From: Gallionella sp.
GTDB lineage: Bacteria > Pseudomonadota > Gammaproteobacteria > Burkholderiales > Gallionellaceae
Length of the DNA stretch: 32,698 nt
Direction: 5' to 3'
NCBI GenBank assembly: GCA_049693175.1
Contig: JBAVPP010000402.1
Span: forward strand, 1-32,698
Below are positions 18,040 through 29,794 of the stretch, one piece after another. The position numbers were made by a program, and so were the translations under genes. Each line of letters begins with the position of its first letter. Position 1 is the stretch's first letter. The notes beneath the pieces are model-generated. The model was not told where the DNA came from, searched no databases, and saw only the letters and a program-made list of their open reading frames with translations.

Positions 18040-18067
18040 CTTGAAATCCGTCCGTTCAACTCCATCT
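18040..18067 (+). promoter_or_regulatory. sigma32 (RpoH) heat-shock promoter of htpX
   Basis: CTTGAAA-N13-CTCCATCT matches the CTTGAAA...CCCCATNT consensus. Confidence 0.75.
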
Positions 18068-18131
18068 AGGCAAAGCCGTAAAAAAGTAGTGATAGACTGC
18101 GCGGCAAATTTTTATTGAGAAAGGCCTACAC

Positions 18132-19016
18132 ATGAAACGGATATTTCTATTTATTCTGACCAATCTGGCGGTGATGTTCGTCATCAATATCACGCTGCGT
18201 TTATTGGGCGTGGACAAGATTTTGAATGCGGGTGGCGGCATCAATTTCACCAACCTTCTGGTGATGTCTATGGTCATCGGCTTTGCCGGTTCTATCATTT
18301 CCCTGTTCATGTCCAAATGGTCGGCCAAACGGATGGTGGGTGCGCAAATCATCGACAAACCTTCCGACCCAACCGAACTTTGGTTGCTTGACACCGTTAA
18401 ACGTCAGGCGGCAGCGGCGGGCATCGCTATGCCGGAAGTGGCGATTTATGACGCGCCGGATGTGAACGCATTTGCCACTGGCTGGAATAGAAATAGCGCG
18501 CTGGTGGCAGTCAGCACAGGCTTGCTGCACAGCATGAGCAAGGACGAAGCCGAGGCGGTATTGGGTCACGAAATCAGTCACGTCGCAAACGGCGACATGG
18601 TCACGCTGACGTTGATACAAGGCGTGGTCAACACCTTCGTGATTTTCTTCTCCAAATTGTTTGGCATATTTATCGACTCGTTGTTGCGCGGCAAAGACAG
18701 CGAAAATCGCGGTCCGGGCATCGGTTCGTTCATCGCAGAAATCGTCGCGCAATTAGTGTTGGGCGTGCTGGCAAGCATGATCGTCATGTGGTTCTCGCGT
18801 CATCGTGAATTCCGCGCGGATGCGGGCGGTGCGTCGTTGGCGGGCCGAGAGAAAATGATAGCCGCGCTGGAACGCTTGAAGATGAATCACGAACAAGCTG
18901 CCTTACCCAAAGAAATGGCGGCATCCGGCATCTCCGGCGGCGCGGCAATGAGCCGTTTGTTTATGACCCATCCGCCGCTGGAAGAACGCATCGCCGCTTT
19001 GCGCGCGGGTCGCTAA
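18132..19016 (+). CDS. htpX: Membrane zinc metalloprotease HtpX
   Basis: [44 protein letters not shown]. Confidence 0.97.
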   Translation: MKRIFLFILTNLAVMFVINITLRLLGVDKILNAGGGINFTNLLVMSMVIGFAGSIISLFMSKWSAKRMVGAQIIDKPSDPTELWLLDTVKRQAAAAGIAMPEVAIYDAPDVNAFATGWNRNSALVAVSTGLLHSMSKDEAEAVLGHEISHVANGDMVTLTLIQGVVNTFVIFFSKLFGIFIDSLLRGKDSENRGPGIGSFIAEIVAQLVLGVLASMIVMWFSRHREFRADAGGASLAGREKMIAALERLKMNHEQAALPKEMAASGISGGAAMSRLFMTHPPLEERIAALRAGR

Positions 19017-19046
19017 ATAGACTGCGCGACAAATATCACACCCGAT

Positions 19047-19072
19047 AAAAAGCCTGCGTATGCAGGCTTTTT
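19047..19072. terminator. Bidirectional intrinsic terminator
   Basis: aaaaagcctgc-gtat-gcaggcttttt between the convergent htpX and HiPIP genes. Confidence 0.85.
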
Positions 19073-19093
19073 GTTTGTCCGAAAATCATTTGT

Positions 19094-19393
19094 TCACATG
19101 GTGTTCCAACCCGTGCAATAAGCGTTCGGCGCAATCTCGTCGTCGTTGGGAATGATTTTGCATGCGCCCAAATCTTGATTCGTTTTGCCGGGGATAAATT
19201 CAAGACACGACACGCAACTCATATCGTTTTTGGGCGTGTTTTGGTATTGCAAACGGGCGCGCAGCGGCACGTTATTCATTGCGTGTGCGGGTCTTGCGAC
19301 CACGATGGGTATTACTGCAAAAGCAAGACCGGCAGTTTGCAAAAATCTGCGGCGGCTCAAGTCGATTTTCGACTCGAAAATTTTTGCGTTCAT
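19094..19393 (-). CDS. High-potential iron-sulfur protein (HiPIP, small Iro/Hip-like) with Tat signal
   Basis: SRRRFL twin-arginine motif and AHA cleavage site; mature LQYQNTP..CxxC..F.....C......I.P.AYC..W with four Cys. Confidence 0.85.
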   Translation of the reverse strand: MNAKIFESKIDLSRRRFLQTAGLAFAVIPIVVARPAHAMNNVPLRARLQYQNTPKNDMSCVSCLEFIPGKTNQDLGACKIIPNDDEIAPNAYCTGWNTM

Positions 19394-22176
19394 TGACCTT
19401 TGACCAAGCGATTGATCACGTCATCCAAACGCGCCACCGCCATTTCAAGTGTCGCATCCGCCACATCGCGCGCGCCTTGCACATCACCGTCTCTGCCCGC
19501 CTTTTCGATACGCGCGCAAATGTCTTCCATCTCCATCGCGCCGACCATGCGGCACGCGCCTTTTACACGGTGCGCGGCTTGTGCAATCACTTTGGAGTCG
19601 TCTTGCGCCAACGCCACTTTTAGCTCCGCGACATCGGCATGATGATAACGGGCAAATTCTTGCAACATCTCGGTCTGCGCGGTGTAGCCCGGTGCGAGCC
19701 GGTTCAACACACTCAAATCAAGCGCGACCAAAGTTTCTGTGGAAAGTTTAAGCATATGGTTCTCACTTGGTGTGGATTGGTCGGGTATCGTGGCGTGTTG
19801 CAGCCATTTCGTCAACATCGCACTTAAATCCGCGATGACGGTGGGCTTGGTCAGCAAATCATCCATGCCTGCCGCGTGGCAGTATTCCACTTCTTCAGCA
19901 AGCGCGTTCGCCGTCCAAGCAATAATGGGGATGCGCGGTCGGCCATCATGTTGTTCAATCTCGCGTATGCTGCGCGCCAACTCATAGCCGTCCATGCCCG
20001 GCATGTGGCAATCGGTAATCACAAGATCATAGTGCCCTGTCCACCACAGCGATAATCCGACAATACCGGCATCCGCAATATCCGCATACAAACCCAGTTG
20101 GTCAAGTTGCTGTTTGAGCAACATGCGATTCACCGGATGATCGTCCACCACGAGTATGGAGCGTTGTCGCCCCTCAGCCGTCAACGGATTAAATGTATTG
20201 CTGTAAGTGAAGTCGTTGGATTGTTGCAGACCGCGCTGCGCGTCAATGTCGGCAGCCACCATGCTCACGGTAAAATAAAATGTCGAACCTATGCCCGGTG
20301 TGCTTTCCACACCGATGTCGCCCTCCATCAATTCAGAAAGCCTGCGACAGATGGCAAGCCCCAGCCCGGTTCCGCCGTACATGCGGGCGGTGTCCGAACT
20401 GGCTTGTTCGTAATGTTGGAACAAACGGGATTGCTGTTCCGCGTCAATGCCGACACCGCTATCAGTGACACTGAACCGTATCCGGTCTTTACCGGCATGT
20501 TGCGCGATGAGCTCGACGTTCAATTCTATACTGCCGTGTTCGGTAAATTTGATGGCATTGCTGGTGAAATTATTCAGTATTTGCGAAATGCGCAGCGGGT
20601 CGCAAATATACGCGGCACTCAAGTTGTCATCAATGTGCTGTTGCAACACCAAGCCCTTCGCGCTGGCGACATGCGCATAAGTATTGGCGACACCTTTGAG
20701 CAACTCGACCAGTAACGCGGGGCGCGGGGCAAGCTCCAGTTTGCCGGCTTCGATCTTGGACCAATCCAGAATGTCATCAACTATGCGCAGCAAACTTTTC
20801 CCGGAGTTTTGCGCGATGTGCAACATCTCGGTTTGCTCTTTATTGAGTTGCGACAGACTCAGCAATTCCATCATGCCCAGCAAGCCGCCCAGCGGCGTGC
20901 GTATTTCATGGCTCATGGTGGCAAGAAAAGAATCTTTGGCTTTATTGGCGAGCATCAATTGAGTGGTTCGTTCCAGCACGCGCTCCGCCAGCCGCGCTCT
21001 TTCTGTTTCGATCTGCGCATTGGCCTGCTCCAACTCATGCGCCGCGAGCCGCAGTTGCTCCATCGCAATGCGTCGTTCGGTGACAATATCATCCAGCAAT
21101 CTATTGCTCTCTTTAAGCTGGTTAGAGCGCGTTTGCACAGTGTTTTTTTCCGTGACCAAACTACGGTTCACGCGCAACAAATTGAGTCCCAGCAACAGAA
21201 TCAGCGTAAACGTGGCCAGCCCCAATACAATCTCCCAGCGGTAACGTTGCCAGACATCTCGCGAAGTGAATTCCGGTGCCACGTCGAATGGCGGCACACG
21301 CAATTCGCGCAGCACTTCCTCAACGGAAGAATAGTCTGCCGGAACATCGAAACCATTGATACGGAGGGCGGCCGCCAGTGATTTATTTTCGTTGACGGTC
21401 AGCAAAAATGACGAGACTTTTCGCTTCAACTCTTTACTAGTTTGCGGCAACGCCGATAATGGCCACTCGGGGTATAAACGCGTCGAAACTTGCACCGGAA
21501 AATCCGGGAAAGTTTGCGGATTGATGACAGCCACTTGGCTCATATCCAGCTTGCCCTCACGTACCAGACGTTCCAGCAAGCCGGATCGCACAAAGCCCAC
21601 GTCGGCACGCCGTGCAAGCACGGCCTCGACCACATTATCCTGCGGCATACCGGTAAACATGAGTTTGACATCGTGAGGCAAATGTATGCCCGCGCCGGCA
21701 AGTTCATAAACCTGCGTCTGATAGCCCGCGAATGAATCGGTTCGCGTTGCCGCGACCGACTTGCCACGAATATCCTGCAGCCTGCGAATATCCGCACGAT
21801 CGGCGCGCGTAAACATGACCCCGCCGAATAAACTGACCGGCTGGCCTTGTTCAAGATTGGAAAGCGTCACCAGCGGCGCAGATAGGCCGTTGAGATGCGA
21901 CATCAACAAATAATTACCCGGATTACTCAGCACAAAATCGACTTGGCGCGCCGCCACTGCGGTATGCAATTCATCCAAGTTGTAAACGCCGATTGCAAAG
22001 TGATATCCGGGTATCGCTTTATTCAAAGCCACCGCCAATGGTGACCATCGCGCCAACACCATACTTTTCGGGCGTGAGGACAAAATACCAATCTTGACCT
22101 CGTCCTGCGCAAACAGCGGAACTGTGACTAGCATCAGCAAAAAAACAACAAACAAGCGCGAAAAAGTTTTACTCAT
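19390..22176 (-). CDS. Hybrid sensor histidine kinase: PhnD/TtrS-like periplasmic domain, HisKA, HATPase, REC, Hpt
   Basis: Signal peptide; ADVGFVRSG and [11 protein letters not shown] helix; [50 protein letters not shown]. Confidence 0.92.
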   Translation of the reverse strand: MSKTFSRLFVVFLLMLVTVPLFAQDEVKIGILSSRPKSMVLARWSPLAVALNKAIPGYHFAIGVYNLDELHTAVAARQVDFVLSNPGNYLLMSHLNGLSAPLVTLSNLEQGQPVSLFGGVMFTRADRADIRRLQDIRGKSVAATRTDSFAGYQTQVYELAGAGIHLPHDVKLMFTGMPQDNVVEAVLARRADVGFVRSGLLERLVREGKLDMSQVAVINPQTFPDFPVQVSTRLYPEWPLSALPQTSKELKRKVSSFLLTVNENKSLAAALRINGFDVPADYSSVEEVLRELRVPPFDVAPEFTSRDVWQRYRWEIVLGLATFTLILLLGLNLLRVNRSLVTEKNTVQTRSNQLKESNRLLDDIVTERRIAMEQLRLAAHELEQANAQIETERARLAERVLERTTQLMLANKAKDSFLATMSHEIRTPLGGLLGMMELLSLSQLNKEQTEMLHIAQNSGKSLLRIVDDILDWSKIEAGKLELAPRPALLVELLKGVANTYAHVASAKGLVLQQHIDDNLSAAYICDPLRISQILNNFTSNAIKFTEHGSIELNVELIAQHAGKDRIRFSVTDSGVGIDAEQQSRLFQHYEQASSDTARMYGGTGLGLAICRRLSELMEGDIGVESTPGIGSTFYFTVSMVAADIDAQRGLQQSNDFTYSNTFNPLTAEGRQRSILVVDDHPVNRMLLKQQLDQLGLYADIADAGIVGLSLWWTGHYDLVITDCHMPGMDGYELARSIREIEQHDGRPRIPIIAWTANALAEEVEYCHAAGMDDLLTKPTVIADLSAMLTKWLQHATIPDQSTPSENHMLKLSTETLVALDLSVLNRLAPGYTAQTEMLQEFARYHHADVAELKVALAQDDSKVIAQAAHRVKGACRMVGAMEMEDICARIEKAGRDGDVQGARDVADATLEMAVARLDDVINRLVKGQ

Positions 22177-22393
22177 GCAGAGTATTCCGAAAAAATTCAG
22201 AACAACGCAGCGGACGCACTATGTTTGTCGCCCTCAAACAATAATGACAGGTGGCGAACGGCATTTTCATGTTGCGCGATTCCAGAAGTCAGCCATAAGC
22301 AAATTAGGATTAGTCAACCAACCTTGGTAAATATCATTTAACAACAAATTTTGATGCATGGATTAACGGTCATTTTGCTGCTTAATAAAGCCG

Positions 22394-22636
22394 CTATTTT
22401 GAGTTTTGCCTAGCCTTACGTTTCGCCTGATCGCGTTTGACGAAACGCCACAACAGCAAAAATATGACGACGATAATGGTAAAAGTCGCCGCTTCCATAA
22501 TCCAGACTATTGTTTGCACATGCTCGCGCTCGGGCATCGCCATTTGCGTTCGCGCCTCGGCACATAGGGGGAGCGCGCCAAAAATCATCAATAGCAGACG
22601 GGTAAAATTTCTGACTCGAAAATAAAGACTCATCAT
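22394..22636 (-). CDS. Hypothetical small membrane protein
   Basis: 80-aa ORF with a signal-like N-terminus, one TM helix (TFTIIVVIFLLLW) and a basic tail. Confidence 0.5.
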   Translation of the reverse strand: MMSLYFRVRNFTRLLLMIFGALPLCAEARTQMAMPEREHVQTIVWIMEAATFTIIVVIFLLLWRFVKRDQAKRKARQNSK

Positions 22637-22747
22637 CAGTTTTTGCTTCTTTAATCATGTAAGAGGCGAAGCATAATATAAACTGAATTAACTCGGTTCA
22701 AATTATCGATGCCCGAACAGGCAAGATGCTTGCTGGCAACACACAAT

Positions 22748-22773
22748 AAAAAACCCGCCGTAGCGGGTTTTTT
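22748..22773 (-). terminator. Intrinsic terminator after rpmG
   Basis: aaaaaacccgc-cgta-gcgggtttttt. Confidence 0.88.
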
Positions 22774-22797
22774 CCATACCGAACACCAGTGAAGTAA

Positions 22798-22956
22798 TTA
22801 CTTCAGCTTGGTTTCTTTGTACATGACATGCTTACGAGCCTTGGGATCGAATTTCATCATTTCCAATTTTTCAGGCGTGGTACGTTTATTTTTGGAAGTG
22901 GTGTAGAAATGACCAGTACCCGCACTGGATTCCAACTTGATTTTTTCTCTAGCCAT
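22798..22956 (-). CDS. rpmG: 50S ribosomal protein L33 (52 aa; not in the ORF track)
   Basis: Manually translated [59 protein letters not shown]. Confidence 0.97.
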   Translation of the reverse strand: MAREKIKLESSAGTGHFYTTSKNKRTTPEKLEMMKFDPKARKHVMYKETKLK

Positions 22957-22967
22957 TTGAAATCTCC

Positions 22968-23204
22968 TTAGATTGCGTCGCCACGGGCGCGCATATCAGT
23001 CAACACTGCATCAATACCATTCTTGTCTATGGTACGCAAAGCGGCGTTAGTCAGACGCAAGCTGATCCAACGATTTTCGCTCTCAACCCAGAAACGACGA
23101 CGTTGCAGGTTAGGCAAAAAACGACGCTTGGTTTTATTGTTTGCATGGGAAATATTGTTCCCGCTCATCGGGCCTTTACCCGTAACTTGACAGACACGTG
23201 CCAT
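22968..23204 (-). CDS. rpmB: 50S ribosomal protein L28
   Basis: [10 protein letters not shown]...[16 protein letters not shown]. Confidence 0.98.
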   Translation of the reverse strand: MARVCQVTGKGPMSGNNISHANNKTKRRFLPNLQRRRFWVESENRWISLRLTNAALRTIDKNGIDAVLTDMRARGDAI

Positions 23205-23284
23205 GGTTCTACTCCAACCGATTTTCAAAAGAGCGCGGATTCTACCGAACCGCACCCAAACATTCAACCACAATTTGAATTATT

Positions 23285-24490
23285 TTAATTTATGGTGATG
23301 CGAGCAAACTTACGTTTACCCACTTGCGCCACCACCACCGCGCCGACATTGACTTGCAGAGCTTTGTCGCTGACTTTTTCGCCGTCCAGCTTCACGCCAC
23401 CGCCTTCTATCATGCGCATGGCTTCCGAGGTGCTAGCGACCAGATTTGCTTGTTTGAGCAATTGCGCGATACCGATTTTTCCATCCGCGCCCGTCACATT
23501 GAGTTCGGGCATATCGTCTGGCAGCACGCCTTTTTGGAAGCGCGCTTCAAATTCCGCCAGCGCGTCCACCGCTGCTTTTTGATTATGGAAGCGCGCCACG
23601 AGCTCTTGCGCCAACAACACTTTGATGTCGCGCGGATTGCGTCCGCCTTCCACCTCGGCACGCCAAGCCGCGATTTCACTCAGACTTCGGAACGACAACA
23701 ATTCCAAATATCGCCACATCAACACATCTGAAATGGACATAATCTTGCCGAACATTTCTTCCGGCTTGTCGGTAATGCCGACGTAATTGCCCAGCGACTT
23801 CGACATCTTGTTCACGCCGTCCAAACCTTCCAACAGCGGCATGGTCAACACGCATTGCGGCACTTGGCCAAAATGTTTTTGTAGCTCGCGTCCCATCAGC
23901 AGATTGAATTTTTGATCCGTGCCGCCCAATTCGATGTCGGCTTTTAAGGCGACCGAATCGTAACCCTGCACCAGCGGATAGACGAATTCATGTATCGCAA
24001 TCGGCTGATTATTTTTGTAGCGTTTAGAAAAATCATCGCGCTCCAACATTTGCGCGACGGTGTGTGTCGCGGCGAGTTTAATCAAATCGACCGCGCTGAA
24101 TTTATCCATCCAGGTCGAATTGAAAACCACCTCGGTTTTGTCCGGGTCTAGCACTTTGAATACTTGCTCCCGATAGGATTCAGCATTCGCCAGTACCTGC
24201 TCACGCGTCAACGGCGGACGGGTCGCGTTCTTGCCGGTCGGGTCGCCTATCATGCCGGTGAAATCGCCGATCAAAAATAGCGCGTGATGCCCCATGTCCT
24301 GCAACTGGCGCATTTTGTTTAACAACACGGTATGCCCAAGATGCAAATCCGGCGCGGTCGGATCGAAGCCCGCCTTGATACGCAAGGGTCGCGCTTGCAC
24401 CAGTTTTTTTATCAGTTCGGCCTCGATGAGCAGCTCGTCCGCGCCGCGTTTGAAAATAGCCAAGTTTTCTTGCTGTATTAACTCATTCAT
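23285..24490 (-). CDS. tyrS: Tyrosine--tRNA ligase
   Basis: [19 protein letters not shown]-terminal S4-like domain (QVGKRKF). Confidence 0.98.
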   Translation of the reverse strand: MNELIQQENLAIFKRGADELLIEAELIKKLVQARPLRIKAGFDPTAPDLHLGHTVLLNKMRQLQDMGHHALFLIGDFTGMIGDPTGKNATRPPLTREQVLANAESYREQVFKVLDPDKTEVVFNSTWMDKFSAVDLIKLAATHTVAQMLERDDFSKRYKNNQPIAIHEFVYPLVQGYDSVALKADIELGGTDQKFNLLMGRELQKHFGQVPQCVLTMPLLEGLDGVNKMSKSLGNYVGITDKPEEMFGKIMSISDVLMWRYLELLSFRSLSEIAAWRAEVEGGRNPRDIKVLLAQELVARFHNQKAAVDALAEFEARFQKGVLPDDMPELNVTGADGKIGIAQLLKQANLVASTSEAMRMIEGGGVKLDGEKVSDKALQVNVGAVVVAQVGKRKFARITIN

Positions 24491-24702
24491 AATTCTTAAT
24501 TCAATTTAATCTTATACAGAGCTACCGCTAATCCCGATAACATTACCGTTCGTCGGCTCAACATTACCATTCAAATTTTAACGTCGCCGTGTATCAGCTT
24601 ATCATTTTGAGGGATGGGCTGTTTCTGGTAAAGTGCGCACCTAATTCAAGACCGAAGTCATGTTGTTTGCAACCATCCGCACAGCGACATGAGGAGACAA
24701 GT

Positions 24703-25998
24703 ATGTTAACCCAAAATTTACTCAGCCAAGAACGCAAAATGAAATTGCGTTGGTTCGTCACTTTATCCACCCTGCCGCTGCTGGGTGTTGTGACCGCGTT
24801 TGGTCTTGTTCCACAAAGCCAAATCGGCTTGGATAACACACAAGTTGTCGCACAGGATATTCCGCTCACTATCGCCGCCAGCACCACAAGCATCGGTAGC
24901 TTCTGGCATAACGACCGCGTGCAACGCGGCGATACTGTGGCTGAACTATTGCATCGCATGAACATTGATGACGCGACCGCGAGCAATTATTTACGCGGCG
25001 CACCCGAAGCGGAATCTTTTCGCAAACTTGCCGTGGGTAAAGAAGTGCAAGCCGAAACCAGTAGCACTGGCGAATTGGTTTCGTTGCGCTACCTGAACGA
25101 AAGTGGCGCGCAGATTGTGATTGAAAAATTAGCCGCAGGTTATTTCTTAAAAACTTTGCCGGCGCAGTTGGAAAAACGCTTGTTCGTGCGCACGGGCGAA
25201 ATTAAAACCAGTTTGTATGCCGCAACCGATGCGGCCGGTATGCCGGAAGCTGCGGCGAATCAGTTAATCGAAGTGTTCAGTGGCGACATCGATTTTCACC
25301 ATGATTTGAAACGCGGCGACAAATTCACTGTTGTGTATGAGATGACATATAGCAACGGCGCGTTAGTCAAAACCGGCCGCATCCAAGCCGCCGAATTCGT
25401 CAACCAAGGCCATTCTTATCGTGCCGTGTATTTTCAAAGCGATGCCGATCATGGCGATTACTACACACCGGAAGGAAAGAGTGTGCGTAAAGCTTTCTTG
25501 CGTTCACCGATTGAATTTTCGCGCGTGAGTTCCGGTTTTTCTTCCTCGCGTTTTCATCCGGTGTTGAACAAATGGCGCGCGCATAAAGGCGTGGATTTCG
25601 CCGCACCTATGGGCACGAAAGTTAAAGTCACTGCCGATGGCACTGTGGCTGTCGTTGGCAAACAAAATGGTTATGGCAATGTCATCATGGTCAACCATCA
25701 AGGTCGATACACCACGGTGTACGGTCACTTGTCTCGTTATGCGCAAGGATTGCATAACGGTCAACATGTGGCACAAGGCGAAGTCATCGGCTACGTCGGC
25801 ATGACCGGTTTGGCGACCGGCCCGCATTTGCATTACGAATTCCGAGTCGATGGGCAGCAACACGACCCCTTGCGAGTCGCTTTACCAAATGCACAACCCA
25901 TCAGCACGGTTCAAGCTAGTGCGTTTAAACCGGTTGCCGAAGACTTCGTTGCCAAGTTAGAACAGTTGCGCAACACCAATCTGGCCAAACTCGATTGA
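24703..25998 (+). CDS. M23 family peptidoglycan DD-endopeptidase (MepM-like)
   Basis: N-terminal TM helix; HKGVDFAAP, YGHLS, TGPHLHYEF; ATG 24703 follows GAGGAG. Confidence 0.92.
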   Translation: MLTQNLLSQERKMKLRWFVTLSTLPLLGVVTAFGLVPQSQIGLDNTQVVAQDIPLTIAASTTSIGSFWHNDRVQRGDTVAELLHRMNIDDATASNYLRGAPEAESFRKLAVGKEVQAETSSTGELVSLRYLNESGAQIVIEKLAAGYFLKTLPAQLEKRLFVRTGEIKTSLYAATDAAGMPEAAANQLIEVFSGDIDFHHDLKRGDKFTVVYEMTYSNGALVKTGRIQAAEFVNQGHSYRAVYFQSDADHGDYYTPEGKSVRKAFLRSPIEFSRVSSGFSSSRFHPVLNKWRAHKGVDFAAPMGTKVKVTADGTVAVVGKQNGYGNVIMVNHQGRYTTVYGHLSRYAQGLHNGQHVAQGEVIGYVGMTGLATGPHLHYEFRVDGQQHDPLRVALPNAQPISTVQASAFKPVAEDFVAKLEQLRNTNLAKLD

Positions 25999-26005
25999 TC
26001 ATTTT

Positions 26006-27097
26006 GTGCCACAGCTTTTTATAGGGCTGATGTCTGGAACCAGCTTGGACGGCGTAGATGCCGTCCTTGTTGCTTTTCAGGCAGGCAATGCGACATTGCT
26101 CGCACAGTATTATCTTGCTTTCGATGAGCCGCTTCGTGCTGAATTGCTGGCACTACACACCCCATCCGCTAACGAACTCCACCGCACACAAATCGTCGCG
26201 AACCAGTTGGCGCGACTTTATGCGCAGAGCATCATGCCGCTGTTGCAAAAATCAGGCATCACTGCCGATCAGATACGCGCAATCGGTTGCCACGGTCAGA
26301 CCATACGCCATTGCCCTGAGCATGGCTACACTTTGCAACTCGGCAATGCCGCGCTATTGGCGGAACTGACCGGCATCACGGTCATCAATGATTTTCGCAG
26401 TCGCGACATCGCGGCAGGCGGGCAAGGCGCGCCGCTAGTTCCCGCCTTCCACAATCAAGTGTTGCGCCATCCCGACATCCATCGTGTCATCGTCAATATC
26501 GGTGGCATCAGCAACCTAACCAATCTTGCACCGCATATCGCCACATCCGGTTTTGATTGCGGCCCCGGCAATTTATTGATGGATGCCTGGTGCCAGAAAC
26601 AGCTAGGCACAGCTTATGATGCGAACGGAACTTGGGCGGCCACCGGCAAAGTTATTCCCGCGCTACTAAACGGCATGTTGAACGAAACATATTTCGATTT
26701 GCAGCCACCCAAAAGTTGCGGTCGTGATTTATTCAATATGGCGTGGCTGACTAAAAAATTGCACGGCGATGAACGCGCTGAAGATGTGCAAGCGACACTG
26801 CTGGAATTGAGTTGCGTCAGCATCGCGCAAAGTATCGAACGCCACTGCGGCGATGCCAAAGAAATTTATTTGTGCGGCGGCGGCGCGCACAATCTGACGC
26901 TGCAAAATCGACTCGCGCAATTATTGCCGCATAGCAAACTGGCGACAACTGATGACTTGGGTGTGAATGGCGACTATCTCGAAGCCATCGCCTTCGCCTG
27001 GTTGGCGCAGCAAACCCTGCAAGGCGAACCCGCTAACTTGCCGTTGGTCACAGGCGCGCAACATCCCTGCGTCTTGGGTGCAATCCATCCGGCATAA
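26006..27097 (+). CDS. anmK: Anhydro-N-acetylmuramic acid kinase
   Basis: IGLMSGTSLDGVD, GCHGQT, DFRSRDIAAGGQGAPLVP, EAIAFAWLA. Confidence 0.97.
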   Translation: MPQLFIGLMSGTSLDGVDAVLVAFQAGNATLLAQYYLAFDEPLRAELLALHTPSANELHRTQIVANQLARLYAQSIMPLLQKSGITADQIRAIGCHGQTIRHCPEHGYTLQLGNAALLAELTGITVINDFRSRDIAAGGQGAPLVPAFHNQVLRHPDIHRVIVNIGGISNLTNLAPHIATSGFDCGPGNLLMDAWCQKQLGTAYDANGTWAATGKVIPALLNGMLNETYFDLQPPKSCGRDLFNMAWLTKKLHGDERAEDVQATLLELSCVSIAQSIERHCGDAKEIYLCGGGAHNLTLQNRLAQLLPHSKLATTDDLGVNGDYLEAIAFAWLAQQTLQGEPANLPLVTGAQHPCVLGAIHPA

Positions 27098-27100
27098 ATA

Positions 27101-27127
27101 AAAAGGGACGCATGAAGCGTCCCTTTT
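27101..27127. terminator. Bidirectional intrinsic terminator
   Basis: aaaagggacgc-atgaa-gcgtccctttt between the convergent anmK and erpA genes. Confidence 0.85.
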
Positions 27128-27142
27128 CAACCACGCAATTCG

Positions 27143-27493
27143 TTATACCGAGAACGAAGAACCGCAACCGCAAGTGGTCGTGGCATTGGGATTCTTGATG
27201 ACAAACTGCGAACCTTCCAGACCTTCCTGATAGTCGATTTCCGCGCCGACCAAGTATTGAAAACTCATGGGATCGATCAGCAGTTGCACGCCGTTCTTGT
27301 TCAGCACGGTGTCATCTTCGTTGGTCACTTCGTCAAAGGTAAAACCATATTGGAAGCCGGAACAACCGCCGCCGCTGACAAACACGCGCAACTTCAAATC
27401 GCTATTGCCTTCTTCGGTGATAAGTTCTTTTACTTTGTTTGCCGCGTTATCGGTAAACAACAAGGGATCTTGCACTTCAGTCATTGCATTCAT
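27143..27493 (-). CDS. erpA: Iron-sulfur cluster insertion protein ErpA
   Basis: [31 protein letters not shown]. Confidence 0.96.
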   Translation of the reverse strand: MNAMTEVQDPLLFTDNAANKVKELITEEGNSDLKLRVFVSGGGCSGFQYGFTFDEVTNEDDTVLNKNGVQLLIDPMSFQYLVGAEIDYQEGLEGSQFVIKNPNATTTCGCGSSFSV

Positions 27494-27513
27494 GTTCTTC
27501 TCCTAAAAATTGA

Positions 27514-27924
27514 TTATTCCGCTTTGCCTATTTTTAACGCGACCACTTTATCCGATTCGACTGCCGCGACCGCATGCAACAGACGACCATCCACCACCGC
27601 ACCAAGGTGCATCTCGATGGTATGGTAACTCACATCACCAGTAATACGCGCCTTACTTTGTAACTCCAGATATTCATTGGCAGACACCGAACCGTTGATC
27701 ACGCCATTCACCACCAAATGCGTGACGGTGACATTGCCATTCACCTGCGCGAGCTCGCTCAATACCAGCGTGCTGGGCTTACCCTGCGTGGCAATCACAT
27801 CACCGTTCACTCGCCCATCGATGCGCATCCCGCCGCTGAAATTCAAATCACCTTCTATGATAGTTCCCGCACCAATCAGCGAATCGATACGGTTTTGGGG
27901 TTTGTTCGCTTTTTTTCCAAACAT
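27514..27924 (-). CDS. Bactofilin (polymer-forming cytoskeletal protein)
   Basis: IDSLIGAGTIIEGD..F.GG.RIDG.V.G beta-helix repeats; A.I.GDV.Y..IEM..GA. Confidence 0.9.
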   Translation of the reverse strand: MFGKKANKPQNRIDSLIGAGTIIEGDLNFSGGMRIDGRVNGDVIATQGKPSTLVLSELAQVNGNVTVTHLVVNGVINGSVSANEYLELQSKARITGDVSYHTIEMHLGAVVDGRLLHAVAAVESDKVVALKIGKAE

Positions 27925-27944
27925 ATGTGATTCCTTTCTTGGCT

Positions 27945-28685
27945 TCAGGTCGGTGCAACGCTCTGTCGCACTTTGGGTTCATGAGCATCCGCTTCAAACA
28001 CTCGCACTTGTACGCTTTCCAGTTGAACCGTCGACGACAAGTGCAAGGTTTGTTCGATATGCTGATAATACTTGAAATTCAGCTTAAATGGCGCATCTCC
28101 CTCCCCATTGGAGGGGAATATCAGGGTTGTCTTCTGGCCTTTTTCAACAACCGTCGCAATCAATTGATACGAGCCAACAAACTGTTTTGCGCGCTGCCCG
28201 CTTTGCACCAACAACATACGCAAGCGGTATTCTCCCGGCATGGTGTCATGTTCCAACTTCAAACGGTGTATCGCCAGTTCGCCCTCTTTACCGCGACTCT
28301 CGGTGAGGTTCTGAAAAAATGCGAGGTCTTCTTGAAGTTGCGCATTTTCATCGTTGAGATTTTTTAATTGCTTGGCGGTCTCCTGATTACTCGCCTGATC
28401 AATTTGTATCTGCTGCTCATATTGTGCAACCTTGCCGTTGAGTGTGATATTTTCCTGGCTCAAGGTCGCCATTTGCGCGTGCAATTTTTCCAACTCTTGC
28501 TGGGTCTGTCCTCGATGAAATCCGGCAAACTCCAGCCCGCTGTCGTAAGCCCACCAGGCCAGTCCGGCGGCAGCGATAAAAAAGGGCACATACATACCCC
28601 AGCGCACATACCAAGCGACATGCGGACGCACCGATAACTGCGTCGCATCAATACTGAATTTTCGCTTGATTTTGCGATACATCAT
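27945..28685 (-). CDS. DUF6776-like membrane-anchored coiled-coil protein
   Basis: TM helix, coiled coil, EDLAFF and F.FKYYQ.IE motifs; start overlaps the argC stop; upstream of bactofilin. Confidence 0.7.
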   Translation of the reverse strand: MMYRKIKRKFSIDATQLSVRPHVAWYVRWGMYVPFFIAAAGLAWWAYDSGLEFAGFHRGQTQQELEKLHAQMATLSQENITLNGKVAQYEQQIQIDQASNQETAKQLKNLNDENAQLQEDLAFFQNLTESRGKEGELAIHRLKLEHDTMPGEYRLRMLLVQSGQRAKQFVGSYQLIATVVEKGQKTTLIFPSNGEGDAPFKLNFKYYQHIEQTLHLSSTVQLESVQVRVFEADAHEPKVRQSVAPT

Positions 28686-29710
28686 GGCAGCAGCGGCACA
28701 ATGTCCAGCGCGGTCGCTTCATGCAAACCGAACATGATATTCATATTCTGCACGGCTTGACCCGCCGCGCCCTTGACCAGATTGTCGATCACCGACAACA
28801 CCACCACGGTATCGCCACCTTGCGGCCTGTGAATCGCGATGCGGCAACGATTTGAGCCGCGCACCGAGCGTGTTTCCGGCAAGCTGCCCGCAGGCATCAC
28901 ATCAACAAACGGCTCATCCTGATAGCGTTCCTCATACAACGCCTGCAAGTCGATTGAACTGGTCAGCTTTGCATACAAGGTAGCATGAATGCCGCGTATT
29001 AACGGTGTCAAATGCGGCACAAAGGTCAATCCCACCTGGTCGTTCCGAACTCGCGCCAAACCTTGTTTAATCTCCGGCAGATGGCGATGTCCCGCCACGC
29101 CATAAGCCTTGAAATTATCACCCGCTTCGGCGAATAAAGAACCAATTTCCGCTTTGCGCCCCGCGCCCGACACCCCCGATTTGGCATCGGCAATCAGGCT
29201 GCTGCTATCCACCACCTCGGCTTCCAACAAAGGAATAAAACCCAGTTGCACGGCTGTCGGATAACAGCCCGGATTAGCGACCAGACGCGCGTTTTTAATC
29301 TTGGCGCGGTTCACTTCCGGCAGACCATACACCGCCTCGGCGATCAAATCTGGACAGGCGTGCGTCATGCCATACCACTTTTCCCAAGTGGAAATATCTT
29401 GTAAACGAAAATCGGCGGCGAGGTCAATCACGCGCACACCGGCATCCAACAAGGCGCGGGTTTGCTGCATAGCAATGCCGTTAGGCGTGGCGAAAAACAC
29501 CACATCGCATTTTTCCAGATGCGCCTCGTCCGGATGCGCAAACGGCATATCGACAAAGCCGCGCAAACTTGGAAACATCTGGCTGACCAAGGTGCCGGCA
29601 TCGGCACGCGAAGTAATAACTTGCAAAGAAACTTGGGGATGCACCGCCAATAAACGCAACAACTCCACGCCGGTGTAGCCCGTGCCGCCTACGATACCAA
29701 CTTTAATCAT
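28682..29710 (-). CDS. argC: N-acetyl-gamma-glutamyl-phosphate reductase
   Basis: [39 protein letters not shown]. Confidence 0.98.
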   Translation of the reverse strand: MIKVGIVGGTGYTGVELLRLLAVHPQVSLQVITSRADAGTLVSQMFPSLRGFVDMPFAHPDEAHLEKCDVVFFATPNGIAMQQTRALLDAGVRVIDLAADFRLQDISTWEKWYGMTHACPDLIAEAVYGLPEVNRAKIKNARLVANPGCYPTAVQLGFIPLLEAEVVDSSSLIADAKSGVSGAGRKAEIGSLFAEAGDNFKAYGVAGHRHLPEIKQGLARVRNDQVGLTFVPHLTPLIRGIHATLYAKLTSSIDLQALYEERYQDEPFVDVMPAGSLPETRSVRGSNRCRIAIHRPQGGDTVVVLSVIDNLVKGAAGQAVQNMNIMFGLHEATALDIVPLLP

Positions 29711-29794
29711 AAGTTTTCCAATTCAAAACAAACATTCGGCTTCTACGACCATGCAGCACAAAAAACGTTGCGCATGATACAGCAAAACCCTAAT

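Noticed and set aside
22169..22270. 33-aa minus-strand ORF (MKMPFATCHYC...) overlapping the kinase start
   Set aside because: No SD and no other support; likely chance
24491..24702. Possible T-box or attenuator upstream of tyrS
   Set aside because: No T-box motif is visible, the short region is shared with a divergent gene, and T-boxes are not expected in Betaproteobacteria
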